Shown: positions 1-9,177, numbered from the stretch's first letter. The stretch: 32,000 nt of DNA from Nitrososphaerota archaeon (GCA_038741355.1 JAVYLC010000004.1:23222-55221); one strand, 5' to 3'. Numbers and translations: made by a program. Notes: generated by a model from the sequence alone, not told the origin.

Positions 1-278
1 CTCGCATAGGAGGCCCGCTTGCTATAGATATCTCTCTTCAACACGTAGGGGACTAGGAAGTAAAATGCACCCATGACCGCCATGTAGGCCCAGCCATAGA
101 TACCCACGAATGGGTGGGCAGTCATCATGGAGTAGAAATGCCTCTCATCAAAGAGGTCTGTGAGAAGATTTAGAATTCTGAGCCTCATCAGTATCCCTTC
201 AATTCCTGCAAGCGCGAAGAAAATCAATGCCACTACGACAAACCTTGACGCGAGTGTCTTTCGCTCACCCTCGTTCAT
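1..278 (-). CDS. heme-copper oxidase subunit I, N-terminal part (gene runs off the left edge)
   Basis: Absent from the ORF track because it is truncated. Reverse-strand translation from ATG 278-276 gives MNEGERKTLASRFVVVALIFFALAGIEGILMRLRILNLL..YSMMTAHPFVGIYGWAYMAVMGAFYFLVPYVLKRD. These are two TM helices with the helix-II His context typical of subunit I. Its ATG overlaps the TGA of the upstream subunit II gene (ATGA at 275-278). Confidence 0.6.
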   Translation of the reverse strand, partial: MNEGERKTLASRFVVVALIFFALAGIEGILMRLRILNLLTDLFDERHFYSMMTAHPFVGIYGWAYMAVMGAFYFLVPYVLKRDIYSKRASYA

Positions 279-877
279 GACTTACCACCCTCCACAATTA
301 TAGCATCTGGGACAAACATCCATGGGTGCTGAGGCCCACTATACTCTGTCGACCGTATGTCGTAGGCTCCAGGTTCATCGAAGACCCAGACAATCCTGTT
401 GACATACGGCTTTGGGACCACCTGCATCTGGAAGACCATTGAGCCATCCTTCCTGAAGACCCCGAATCCATAGACTAGGTCCCCGGATATCACGACAAAC
501 TCTACGGGAGTATTCGCTGGAATTACTATCGGGGTCTCGGGGAGATGAAAACTATAGTCCTTCATGTGTATTGTTATGGTCGTGGCTGGCTTAGGCTCGT
601 AAAATGCGTTGCGAGCAGAGGGGAGAAGTGGCGAGAGGAACAATATATTGCCAATCAACGCCACCGAGAATAGGAAAAGCATCCAGTTCCTCTCACCCTT
701 CTCCATGCCAGGCTTCTCCCCATGTCCAGCGTCAGCCTCCACTTCGCGCCCGCCTCTCCGCGTCAGAATATAAAATACTATGATAAACACCACAACGACG
801 GATATAATTCCAAAGTAGATGGCCTCTATAACAAATTGCGGATACATCGCCAAATGACTAATCAGCAAAACAAGCAA
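275..877 (-). CDS. heme-copper oxidase subunit II-like cupredoxin protein lacking CuA ligands (quinol-oxidase type)
   Basis: Two N-terminal TM helices followed by a cupredoxin-like domain. The CuA consensus CxExCGxxHxxM reads STEYSGPQHPWM (both Cys replaced by Ser). The upstream His position reads SGDLVYGF (His replaced by Tyr). The track start at 877 is TTG; the first ATG is at 847. Confidence 0.65.
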   Translation of the reverse strand: MLVLLISHLAMYPQFVIEAIYFGIISVVVVFIIVFYILTRRGGREVEADAGHGEKPGMEKGERNWMLFLFSVALIGNILFLSPLLPSARNAFYEPKPATTITIHMKDYSFHLPETPIVIPANTPVEFVVISGDLVYGFGVFRKDGSMVFQMQVVPKPYVNRIVWVFDEPGAYDIRSTEYSGPQHPWMFVPDAIIVEGGKS

Positions 878-935
878 AGAACCTATGCGCGAACTCTAGT
901 TGTCAAATTACTTGGGATTTCTACATAATAATTCA

Positions 936-957
936 TACAATTTTATGAAATTGTATT
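936..957. promoter_or_regulatory. perfect 9-bp inverted repeat (ATACAATTT-tatg-AAATTGTAT) in the A/T-rich region upstream of the oxidase operon
   Basis: Read directly: 936-944 is the reverse complement of 949-957. It lies 60-110 nt upstream of the candidate subunit II starts and about 80 nt downstream of the ACS stop. It could be an operator or an RNA hairpin/terminator. Confidence 0.35.
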
Positions 958-1033
958 AAAACTGCTTCCCATAAACTAGTTCCAGCGCATGAAGGCCACA
1001 ATGTTCGCTGAAAAATCTAGGACTCGACTAGGC

Positions 1034-3157
1034 TTATCTAAGACTGTATCGCCATCCTCTTATGTCTACTGCGACGATTCTCTCGCCATAGGCCATTAGG
1101 GGGTTTATTTCAAGCTGGGCTATGGATGGATTCTCAATCAATATTTGGGAGAAGTTGACTATTGTTTCTCGTAATGCTTTTCTATCTACGGGAGGGTATC
1201 CTCTAAAACCATCCAGTAGCTTTGAGAGTCTCAATCTGTTTAGCATCTCGTCAGCCTCGTCACCTTGGACTGGTGAGACGAATGTGATGAAGTCTCGAAC
1301 CACCTCTGTAAAAACCCCACCCATCCCGACTAGCACTGTAGGGCCGAATGTTTCATCGACCTTTGAACCTAATATTAACTCAATCCCATGAGCCGTCTCC
1401 TGAACAATGACCCCGCTGCCACGCACCTCGAGCTTCTCTGCAACCTGCATCAGCTTCTTGAATGCCTCTAATACCTGTGCTCTATCGGTTATTCCAAGCA
1501 GCACCCCACCCACATCGGTTTTGTGGGCTATTTTCTCCGATGCTATCTTCATGACGACCGGATACCCTATACTCTCGGCAGCCTCCACAGCTTCATCCTC
1601 CGTGAATACAACCTCCTCTCTAGCAACCTGAATTCCGTGTTTGCTGACGAGTTCGAGTAGATCTGCTCTGGGAATGGGCTCAGAGACTTCGCTTGATCCT
1701 GCATCGTGGACTGGGAAGCTCTCCCTCGATGGTGTGAAGATATTGGCGATAAGTGTTAGTACCCTGATTGCGTCCTCCATGTCTTTGTAGGCTGGTATTC
1801 CGTTCTTGATCGTGAGAGCCCTCATGGCGACAGACCATTCAGTGTTTCCGGTATCGCATCCAACAACCACCGCATCAGAGGCTCTAGCTATCTCTGCAAG
1901 CTTGTACACAACCCTCTCATCCATCATGGGGGGAACGTGAAAGGGCATCAGGAGATGCATGTCAAACACGCCGCACTCGGATACAATCCTGTAGGCCTCC
2001 TCGAAGGCTGCTGAGTCAGCACTGCCACTAAGGTCGACTGGGTTGGTGACGACAGCCACAGGGGGAATCTTTCCATCCCTCTTCAGCCGCTCCATCTTCT
2101 CTATAGAGTCCTTTGGCAGTTGTATAACCTCTAAGCCGTTTGCCTGGGCTAGGTCGGATGCGATGACGGAGAAGCCTCCTGCGTTAGTTAGTATTGCCAG
2201 GCGCTTGCCCCTCGGAGGTTTCTGTAGGCTCAGGGCAAGGGAGACCTCAGCCAACTCCTTGACGTTATCGACAACTACCGCGCCAGCCTGTTTGAAGGCC
2301 CCGACGTAGGTTTCCCATTCACCTGCCATGCTTGCCGTATGTGTGTAGGCTGTCCTCTTCCCAGCCAAAGTTCTCCCAGCCTTAAGAACTACTATCTGTT
2401 TCCCCTTACGCCGCAGCTCCAGAAACCTATTCAACAACTCTCTCCCGCCTCTAATCCCCTCAATGTAGATTGCTACAACAGAGGTTAACGCGTCATTCGC
2501 AAAATAGGAGAGGAGTTCAGGTATGCTGACATCTATTTGATTGCCAACGCATGCCACGGCCCGTACACCGACTCCCCTCTCTCCGAGAGTGTCGAGGATG
2601 TAGTGAGCAAGCGCGCCGCTCTGGGATACGACGCTTATATTCCCCTTGCTAGGGAAAATAAAGCTCTGGGCTGTTCTCCCATCTGAAAAGGCCTTAACCT
2701 CCCTCGTGAAGAAAGTGTTTACACCCGTGTATGAGTCCATTACGCCAACCGTGTTCGGTCCTAGAACCCTTACCCCCGACTGTTTAATGGCCCTTCTCAA
2801 GCTCTCTGTGAGCTGGTCGTTACCCAGCTCTGAAAAACCACCACTCACTACTATAGCTGCCTTCACACCGTTTTGCCCAGCCTCCAGAATGGCCTGAGGA
2901 ACCTGAGACGCTGGAAGAGCAATAACCACCAAGTCAACCTTCTCATTTATCTCAGACAGACCAGCAAAAACACGGTGTCCATAAAGCTCCCTCAACTCCG
3001 GGTTAATCGGATAGATCTCAGCCTTCAAGATGCCCAGCCTCCTGTTGTTCAATAACCGATCATATATCACCCGTCCAACCTTGTCCGGATGACGAGAAAC
3101 ACCGATGACGGCTATAGACCTGGGGTTGAAGAAGGCATCTAATTCACCCACTCCCAA
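1034..3157 (-). CDS. acetyl-CoA synthetase (ADP-forming), fused alpha-beta type (acetate--CoA ligase [ADP-forming])
   Basis: 707-aa ORF. It has an N-terminal CoA-binding Rossmann motif (SIAVIGVSRHPDKVGR), a THTASMAG loop resembling the phospho-His loop of ACD alpha, and a C-terminal ATP-grasp-like half (VVMKIASEKIAHKTDVGGV). Start is TTG 3157 or GTG 3151. Confidence 0.85.
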   Translation of the reverse strand: MGVGELDAFFNPRSIAVIGVSRHPDKVGRVIYDRLLNNRRLGILKAEIYPINPELRELYGHRVFAGLSEINEKVDLVVIALPASQVPQAILEAGQNGVKAAIVVSGGFSELGNDQLTESLRRAIKQSGVRVLGPNTVGVMDSYTGVNTFFTREVKAFSDGRTAQSFIFPSKGNISVVSQSGALAHYILDTLGERGVGVRAVACVGNQIDVSIPELLSYFANDALTSVVAIYIEGIRGGRELLNRFLELRRKGKQIVVLKAGRTLAGKRTAYTHTASMAGEWETYVGAFKQAGAVVVDNVKELAEVSLALSLQKPPRGKRLAILTNAGGFSVIASDLAQANGLEVIQLPKDSIEKMERLKRDGKIPPVAVVTNPVDLSGSADSAAFEEAYRIVSECGVFDMHLLMPFHVPPMMDERVVYKLAEIARASDAVVVGCDTGNTEWSVAMRALTIKNGIPAYKDMEDAIRVLTLIANIFTPSRESFPVHDAGSSEVSEPIPRADLLELVSKHGIQVAREEVVFTEDEAVEAAESIGYPVVMKIASEKIAHKTDVGGVLLGITDRAQVLEAFKKLMQVAEKLEVRGSGVIVQETAHGIELILGSKVDETFGPTVLVGMGGVFTEVVRDFITFVSPVQGDEADEMLNRLRLSKLLDGFRGYPPVDRKALRETIVNFSQILIENPSIAQLEINPLMAYGERIVAVDIRGWRYSLR

Positions 3158-3190
3158 TCGCGACCACTCTTTAGAAAATAATAGTAACCA

Positions 3191-3199
3191 ATTTTTAAA
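3191..3199 (-). promoter_or_regulatory. TATA-like box (TTTAAAAAT on the minus strand) for the ACS gene
   Basis: A/T box about 35-40 nt upstream of the TTG/GTG start, inside the divergent 163-bp intergenic region. Confidence 0.35.
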
Positions 3200-3271
3200 G
3201 GGGTTGTCTGCGTGAGAAAAATTCTTAAATAAATTCTTTCATTTTATATCCTAATATCGGGGCTGAGGCGC

Positions 3272-3281
3272 AAATATATAA
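3272..3281 (+). promoter_or_regulatory. TATA-like box (AAATATATAA) for the 2-oxoacid:ferredoxin oxidoreductase operon
   Basis: About 44 nt upstream of ATG 3321. A GGTG/GGGG purine-rich stretch lies between the box and the start. Confidence 0.35.
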
Positions 3282-3320
3282 CACCCTCCCACATCTTTTG
3301 GGTGTGGGGTATGGAGCCCC

Positions 3321-4223
3321 ATGCTTAAAATCAGATTTCACGGCCGGGGAGGCCAAGGGGTTAAAACCAGCAGCCGCATCCTCGGCCGCGCAGCCTTTCT
3401 CGACGGCTTCACGGCTCAGGACTCCCCCATTTATGGGGCTGAGAGGCGTGGGGCACCTGTCGTATCATTCACGCGAATCTCTAAAACCCCGATCACGGAG
3501 AGGGGGTTCATCTTCGACCCCGACATCGTGATTGTGATGGATGAAACGCTCCTCAACGACTGGCTGGCTCGGCCGCTAGAGGGTGTTAAGAGAGGCGGGG
3601 TCGTATTTGTGAACGCTCAGTCTGAATTCCCATCACTAGAGGGGCATGATGACAAGATCTTCATAACATATGATCTGACCGGCGAGGCTCTGGAGATCCT
3701 CGGCAGACCTATAATCAGTTCACCTGCCGCTGCGGCTGCGGCTAAAATAACCGGTCTAATCACAAAATCATCCATCCTAGAAGCTACAGCTGAGGAGCTG
3801 GTCGAGTTAGACTTGAAGGATGAGCTGTTGGAGAAAAACATCCAGCTGGCTGCGGAGGTTTACGACGTGATTCCTAGCCCAGTGATAAATACTCAGGAGA
3901 GAGAAACCATTACTCGCGAAGTGTGTCCGCTAGAATACGAGCCAGTTAGTTGGGAGGAGGTCATCCACCTAGACATAGCTAATCTCGGAAACTCGGCCCT
4001 AAGGCGGACAGGTAACTGGCGCATATTCAAGCCCATCGTAGATCCTCAGAAGTGCACTGGCTGCATGTTGTGCATTATCTATTGCCCCGACTCATGCATA
4101 TCACTGGACGAGAACAATAAGGCGGTTATCAACTATGATAACTGTAAGGGGTGCATGATATGTTTGAGAGAGTGTCCTCTGCGCGCCATTTCCTCGGTTA
4201 GGGAGGTTAGGGTCTATGCGTAA
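3321..4223 (+). CDS. pyruvate/2-oxoacid:ferredoxin oxidoreductase gamma subunit fused to delta (2x[4Fe-4S]) subunit
   Basis: The N-terminus MLKIRFHGRGGQGVKTSSRILGRAAF is a gamma-subunit signature. The C-terminus carries two ferredoxin clusters (CTGCMLCIIYCP and CKGCMICLRECP). Confidence 0.85.
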   Translation: MLKIRFHGRGGQGVKTSSRILGRAAFLDGFTAQDSPIYGAERRGAPVVSFTRISKTPITERGFIFDPDIVIVMDETLLNDWLARPLEGVKRGGVVFVNAQSEFPSLEGHDDKIFITYDLTGEALEILGRPIISSPAAAAAAKITGLITKSSILEATAEELVELDLKDELLEKNIQLAAEVYDVIPSPVINTQERETITREVCPLEYEPVSWEEVIHLDIANLGNSALRRTGNWRIFKPIVDPQKCTGCMLCIIYCPDSCISLDENNKAVINYDNCKGCMICLRECPLRAISSVREVRVYA

Positions 4224-5493
4224 TGTCAAGGTGATGGCAAGCAACATGGCGGCTGTGGAGATGATGCGGGTCGAGATGTTGACGGGAAACGTGGCGGCCG
4301 CATGGGCTGCCCGTCTAGCGGATGTAGACTATATACCAGCATACCCGATAACTCCTCAAACCGAGATAATTGAGACTCTCGCTAAATGGATAGGTGAGGG
4401 CGTAATGAAGGCTAGGCTGGTACAGCTGGAGTCAGAGCACTCTATGCTCACAGCCGCCGGCACTGCATCCCTGACAGGGGCGAGGGTCTTTACAGCCACA
4501 TCGAGCCAAGGACTTTTATACGGTTTCGAGATGCTCTATAATATCTCTGGATGGAGAGCCCCACTCGTCCTAGTGAATGTCTCACGCGGTGTTGCGGCTC
4601 CAGTGACCCTTGAGCCAGACCACAACGACGTATTAGCAGCGAGGGATAGTGGCTTTCTACAGTTCCACGCTGAGACCTGCCAAGATGTACTAGACCTGAT
4701 TCTGCTCGCCTACCGTGTCTCAGAGGATAGACGGGTGAGACTCCCCTCAATTGTAAACATGGACGGCTTCTACCTCTCCTTCACAAGAGAACCAGTCCAC
4801 CTCCCCAGTCAGGGAACGGTGGAGGAGTTTCTCCCACCCTACATCCCCACCCTCCCATTCAGAGCCAGCAGACCAGTCGTCAAAGGCGCATCAGTGTTGG
4901 GCGGGCACATCTACACGTACTTTAAACATAACATTCACGAGTCTCTGAGAAGGGCTATTGAGGTCTTTGAGGAGGCGACGAGACACTACGCGGAGTTGAC
5001 GGGTAGGTTCCACGAGCCGGTAGAGGGATTCAAACTTGAGGACGCCGAGTACGTCCTTGTAATGAGTAACTCCTTCACAACAATGGGTAAGAAGGCGGTG
5101 CTGAGACTTAGAGAGAAGGGTATTCCAGCCGGTTTGGTTAAGATAGTTATGTATAGGCCGTTCCCATCGGCCCAACTGGCGGAGCTCCTTAAGAACAGGA
5201 AGGCGGTAGCCGTTTTAGACCAGAACATCTCACCGGGAATGGGAGGGATAATATACCAAGAAGTGGCCGGCGCGTTATATCACCTGAGAAAAAGACCTGA
5301 AATATTGATGTCAGTTATCGGAGGGCTCGGCGGAAAATACATATCACTTGAAGAGTTTGAATATATTTTCAACGTCCTGCAGCATCCAGAGGGTAGGGAG
5401 CCAAACAAGCCCTTGTTTCTATTTAGGAAGGATGAATTGGAGAGTGTCAAGAAGGCTTTAGGTCTTGCAGGCCTAGGTGGGGGAACGGGATGA
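4216..5493 (+). CDS. porA: pyruvate/2-oxoacid:ferredoxin oxidoreductase alpha subunit
   Basis: MLTGNVAAAWAARLADVDYIPAYPITPQTEI matches the alpha-subunit N-terminus (AYPITP motif). It overlaps the upstream gene by 8 nt. Internal ATGs at 4234-4264 are alternative starts. Confidence 0.85.
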   Translation: MRNVKVMASNMAAVEMMRVEMLTGNVAAAWAARLADVDYIPAYPITPQTEIIETLAKWIGEGVMKARLVQLESEHSMLTAAGTASLTGARVFTATSSQGLLYGFEMLYNISGWRAPLVLVNVSRGVAAPVTLEPDHNDVLAARDSGFLQFHAETCQDVLDLILLAYRVSEDRRVRLPSIVNMDGFYLSFTREPVHLPSQGTVEEFLPPYIPTLPFRASRPVVKGASVLGGHIYTYFKHNIHESLRRAIEVFEEATRHYAELTGRFHEPVEGFKLEDAEYVLVMSNSFTTMGKKAVLRLREKGIPAGLVKIVMYRPFPSAQLAELLKNRKAVAVLDQNISPGMGGIIYQEVAGALYHLRKRPEILMSVIGGLGGKYISLEEFEYIFNVLQHPEGREPNKPLFLFRKDELESVKKALGLAGLGGGTG

Positions 5494-6452
5494 GCGAGAC
5501 AAGATATAAGACTCTCAGGGATGTGCCACTCGAGGAGTATCTAGCACCAGGCAATCCATTATGCGCCGGCTGCGGAGCCACGCCTGTGTTAAGAATGTTC
5601 CTGAAAGCACTCGAGGGAAGAGCAGTTTTCGTCAATGCTGCTGGATGTTTTACACTCTTACACGTCTATCCCTACACACCCTTCAAGTCGAGCTGGATGT
5701 ACACAGCCTTCGCCTCCGCCCCAGCAGGCGCCCAAGGAATCAGGGACGCATTGGATATCCTCATCGAGAAGGGTAAAATCCCGCCGGAAGAAGACATCAA
5801 AGTAGTTTGCTTCACAGGCGATGGAGCCGCATACGATATAGGTCTACAAAGCACCTCTGGGGCAATCGAGAGGGAGCTAGACTTCTATTATCTCGTCTAT
5901 GATAATGAAGCCTACAGTAACACAGGGTTTCAGAAAAGCGGAGCCACACCATACGCCGCGTCGACTACAACCACAATGCCAACAAAGCTCCACCAAGAAG
6001 GCCACACAGGGTCGAAGAAAGACCTCTTCGAGATCTGGAGGAGCCACAAGCCCCCCTACGTAGCAACCATAGCCCCATCCCATATCGTTGACATGCTTAG
6101 GAAGATTGAGAAGGCATCAAAATATAGGGGCCCCAAGCTGTTTATCTCATTCACCCCCTGCCCGACAGGATGGTACCATGACACCTCAGAGAGCATAAGA
6201 GTCTCAAAGCTCGCCGTCGAGTGCGGAGTCTGGCCACTAAAAGAAGCAATATACGGCGAAGTAAAACACACCTATACTCCGAGAGTCCTAAAACCCGTGG
6301 AGGAATACCTCAAAACACAAGGCAGATACAAACACCTCTTCCACCCGCAAAGACAGGAGCAAGTAATCAAAGCCATACAGGAAAACATATACCAATACTG
6401 GCGAAGAGTCGCAGAGTCTGAGAAACTTGACATGATCTTCCCTTCTGCCTAA
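5490..6452 (+). CDS. porB: pyruvate/2-oxoacid:ferredoxin oxidoreductase beta (TPP-binding) subunit
   Basis: Contains PLCAGCGATPVLR and the GDGAAYDIG TPP motif. ATGA overlap with the alpha gene. Substrate (pyruvate versus 2-ketoisovalerate) cannot be decided by eye. Confidence 0.85.
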   Translation: MSETRYKTLRDVPLEEYLAPGNPLCAGCGATPVLRMFLKALEGRAVFVNAAGCFTLLHVYPYTPFKSSWMYTAFASAPAGAQGIRDALDILIEKGKIPPEEDIKVVCFTGDGAAYDIGLQSTSGAIERELDFYYLVYDNEAYSNTGFQKSGATPYAASTTTTMPTKLHQEGHTGSKKDLFEIWRSHKPPYVATIAPSHIVDMLRKIEKASKYRGPKLFISFTPCPTGWYHDTSESIRVSKLAVECGVWPLKEAIYGEVKHTYTPRVLKPVEEYLKTQGRYKHLFHPQRQEQVIKAIQENIYQYWRRVAESEKLDMIFPSA

Positions 6453-6485
6453 CAGATAAACATAAGGGGTAGAAATATCAATACA

Positions 6486-7868
6486 GTGATAGGGAGATTA
6501 AAAGGTAGGGCAGGAAAAATAGCTTATGGCATCGGTAACCTAGGCCAAGCACTCACTTACCATATGGTTGGGACTTTTCTAATATATTTCTACGTAAACG
6601 AGGTCCGCCTAGATCCAGCCTTAGTTGGGGTTGGTTTTTCACTTGCTTATGGTGTATGGAACGCTATAAATGACCCTATAGTTGGGTATATCTCAGACAG
6701 AACTAGGACGAGGTGGGGGCGCAGAATACCCTACGTCCTCTTCGGAACACCTCTAATGGTAGTATTCTTCACCCTAATTTGGCTCCCTCCAGTAAAAGAT
6801 ATGCCATTGCCAAGTCAGCACGATATTGGTCTTTTCACTTACTTCCTAATCACTATCGGGGTTTTTGAACTTCTATACACCTTCGTCACTGTCGGCTGGA
6901 ACGCATTATTTCCGGAGATGTTTCAAGACCTTAGAGAAAGGCTTGAGGCATCCATCTACAGACAAGTTGCCGCCATGATAGGGCTAGTCATTGGTTTTGT
7001 CATAGCACCACAAATAATATACCTCTTTACAAGAGAGTTTGGCACCATAAACGGATGGGGGCTAACCGGACTACTTGTAGGCTGCATCGCGGGCAGCTCC
7101 TTCACGATATCTCTGCTAGGAAGTAGGGAAAAGAAGGAATTCAGCATGGCGGGAACGCTCCCCATAATCTCAGCATTTAAGATTACGCTCACCAACAGGT
7201 CCTTTATTACAGCTGCTCTTTGCATTTTGATGATTAGCTGGTCTTGGAGTTTACTTGCTGCAATAAGCCCATTCTTTGTCGAGTATTTTCTAGGGGGAAC
7301 TATTGCTGATATAACTTTTATAAGCGCCCCTATTCTTCTCATGGCGATAATTTTTTACCCTTTCTGGAGACGAATTGGAATCAGGTACGGAACAAAGAGG
7401 ACATTAATCACATCCTACACCTTAGAGATAGTATTTGTTTTGTTGTTTGTGCTAGTGGCAGACAACGTTATAGAGGCGACCGCAGTAATGATTCTTTATG
7501 GCATAACAAATTCCGGGGTAAACTTGGTCAGGGAAATTTTGATTCCTGACGTTATTGATGAAGATGAGGTAAAAACAGGTTTTAGGAGAGAAGGAGTATA
7601 TCTAGGAATGGCAACATTTATCGACAGATTCGCCCTAGGGCTTACCGGAGTTAGCACAGTCATTATTTTCAGCTTAAGCGGCTTCACTCCAGGCACCACA
7701 CCGCCTCTCCCTGTTATACTGAGCATGCGGACCCTGACGGCCGCAATTTTCATTATAGCTCTGGCTTGTTTTCTTATCGCTATGAAGTTCTACCCATTAA
7801 GTGTTGATAAAGTTGATGATGTAAAAAGAACCCTTGAAAAGTTACATAAGGAAAGGGGAGTTGTTTAG
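6486..7868 (+). CDS. MFS transporter, glycoside-pentoside-hexuronide (GPH) cation symporter family
   Basis: Multi-TM hydrophobic profile. GPH N-terminal signature NAINDPIVGYISDRTRTRWGRRIPY. GTG start 33 nt after the beta-subunit stop. Confidence 0.8.
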   Translation: MIGRLKGRAGKIAYGIGNLGQALTYHMVGTFLIYFYVNEVRLDPALVGVGFSLAYGVWNAINDPIVGYISDRTRTRWGRRIPYVLFGTPLMVVFFTLIWLPPVKDMPLPSQHDIGLFTYFLITIGVFELLYTFVTVGWNALFPEMFQDLRERLEASIYRQVAAMIGLVIGFVIAPQIIYLFTREFGTINGWGLTGLLVGCIAGSSFTISLLGSREKKEFSMAGTLPIISAFKITLTNRSFITAALCILMISWSWSLLAAISPFFVEYFLGGTIADITFISAPILLMAIIFYPFWRRIGIRYGTKRTLITSYTLEIVFVLLFVLVADNVIEATAVMILYGITNSGVNLVREILIPDVIDEDEVKTGFRREGVYLGMATFIDRFALGLTGVSTVIIFSLSGFTPGTTPPLPVILSMRTLTAAIFIIALACFLIAMKFYPLSVDKVDDVKRTLEKLHKERGVV

Positions 7869-7999
7869 ATAATCACATCCTTTCTCTTTAAAGGAATAAT
7901 TTTTAGATCTACTCTTTACCGCATAACAGCTCAAACATTCCTTCAGGGAGCAGGGAATAGGGAGGCCTAGCGTCTTTCAAGAGTATATAAGGAGACAAC

Positions 8000-8009
8000 T
8001 TTTATTTAA
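8000..8009 (+). promoter_or_regulatory. TATA-like box (TTTTATTTAA) upstream of the V4R-like gene
   Basis: Centred about 28 nt upstream of TTG 8033, consistent with a leaderless transcript. Confidence 0.35.
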
Positions 8010-8032
8010 CACAATGTACCATTATACATGAG

Positions 8033-8497
8033 TTGACCTCATTAAGTATTGAAGAGAAGGGTTTTTGGAGGGATATTGTCAGTACCATCGCGTTCTTCTC
8101 TCCAGCCATCAACTCTCTGCAGAGAGAGTTCGGGATTAGTTCAAAGGATTTGTTGAGGGGGCTGGGGGAGGAGATGGGCCGTCAAGCTTCCGAGTCCATA
8201 CAGCTGGCCGATCCGCAGGAAGTGCTAAACCATCTCTCTGAGGTCTGGCGGAGGCTGATATTGGGGAGGCTTGAGATTGTAAGCCTCGACCCGTTAACGA
8301 TCAGGATATCTGACTGCACTATCTGTGGCCAGTTACCCGGGCTTGGAAGGTTGTTTGAGTGTAGCTTCCATGAAGGCTTCTTCAGAGGCCTGCTCAGCCA
8401 TAGACTCAAGAAAGAGGTAAAAGTGTGGCAGGAGGCAGGGATCGCAGGTGAATCGGGCACGTGGACGCGCATACTAAAAACTGACGCGAGCCTTTGA
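8033..8497 (+). CDS. V4R-like small-molecule-binding domain protein
   Basis: The C-terminal half (ISDCTICGQLPGLGRLFECSFHEGFFRGLLSH..VKVWQE) resembles V4R (4-vinyl-reductase type) domains as I recall them. TTG start. Confidence 0.45.
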   Translation: MTSLSIEEKGFWRDIVSTIAFFSPAINSLQREFGISSKDLLRGLGEEMGRQASESIQLADPQEVLNHLSEVWRRLILGRLEIVSLDPLTIRISDCTICGQLPGLGRLFECSFHEGFFRGLLSHRLKKEVKVWQEAGIAGESGTWTRILKTDASL

Positions 8498-8521
8498 AAT
8501 AGGTAGATACTTCCCAATAAC

Positions 8522-8539
8522 GGGACTGTCAACTTAAGG
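8522..8539. repeat. IS left terminal inverted repeat
   Basis: GGGACTGTCAACTTAAGG is the exact reverse complement of 9178-9195. Confidence 0.9.
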
Positions 8540-9113
8540 CCACCCATGACCTTATCCACCTCTCCGATACCTTAGGCCTGTATGTTGGGGAGCATGTGTT
8601 GAACTGTTTTATCCTCCTCTTCAGCCCGCTGAACCAAGACTCTATTGTGTTCCTCCTTCCGAATGTCTCTACCCTCCTCCTAAAGCCCAGAATCTTCACG
8701 GGCCATCCGTACCATGGAGCCCTATCCGTGTAGACTGTAGGGTTATTAGCGCACCTATCCCTAACCACCTCAAGGAACCTTATACACTCGGCTATCCCCC
8801 TACCCCTAGATACCTGGACTGCCATCACCTCCCTAGCAGCCCATAGATAGGCTCTCCTGACGAGATTACGGATTACTGTCTCGTCTACGGCTATCGGCCC
8901 ACGCCTACGCCTATCTACAAGTGAGAAGGCTTCACCGGCCCTTTGGAACCAATCCCTGACAGACTCGTGGCTTACTTGGAATCCTAGCTCGCCCAGTATC
9001 CCAGCCACCCTCCTGAGGCTGAGCCCCTCCACATATAGCCTGACGCCGAGAGCCCTGACCCACGGAGGCGTCCTGAGACGGGGAAAGACATTTCTATCAC
9101 CGAAGAAACCCAT
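8529..9113 (-). CDS. IS6-family DDE transposase
   Basis: HTH (LSLRRVAGILGELGFQVSHESVRDW), AVDETVI (D), VYTDRAPWY (D) and NTIESWFSGLKRR (E plus K/R) follow the IS6/IS26 pattern. The track ORF starts at TTG 9152. I prefer ATG 9113 (MGFFGD..) because the decayed copy at 22219 keeps the equivalent ATG (MSRFF..). Confidence 0.8.
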   Translation of the reverse strand: MGFFGDRNVFPRLRTPPWVRALGVRLYVEGLSLRRVAGILGELGFQVSHESVRDWFQRAGEAFSLVDRRRRGPIAVDETVIRNLVRRAYLWAAREVMAVQVSRGRGIAECIRFLEVVRDRCANNPTVYTDRAPWYGWPVKILGFRRRVETFGRRNTIESWFSGLKRRIKQFNTCSPTYRPKVSERWIRSWVALS

Positions 9114-9177
9114 AAGACGGCCTAGGCCGACCCCAACTCTATCCACCCACAACTAATGGGAAGGCCCAGGCCATAGA

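Noticed and set aside
1122-3055. Plus-strand ORFs 1122..1391, 1407..1631, 2043..2309, 2646..2897 and 2873..3055
   Set aside because: All lie antisense within the 707-aa ACS gene. They are Ser/Thr/Pro-rich with no motifs and are typical shadow ORFs. The same reasoning applies to antisense or alternate-frame ORFs inside the oxidoreductase, MFS, decarboxylase, flavoprotein, cytochrome b, helicase, SBP and GH38 genes.
3298-3531. 77-aa ORF overlapping the start of the gamma-delta subunit gene
   Set aside because: It is an alternate frame of a gene with unambiguous family motifs, and its composition is low complexity.
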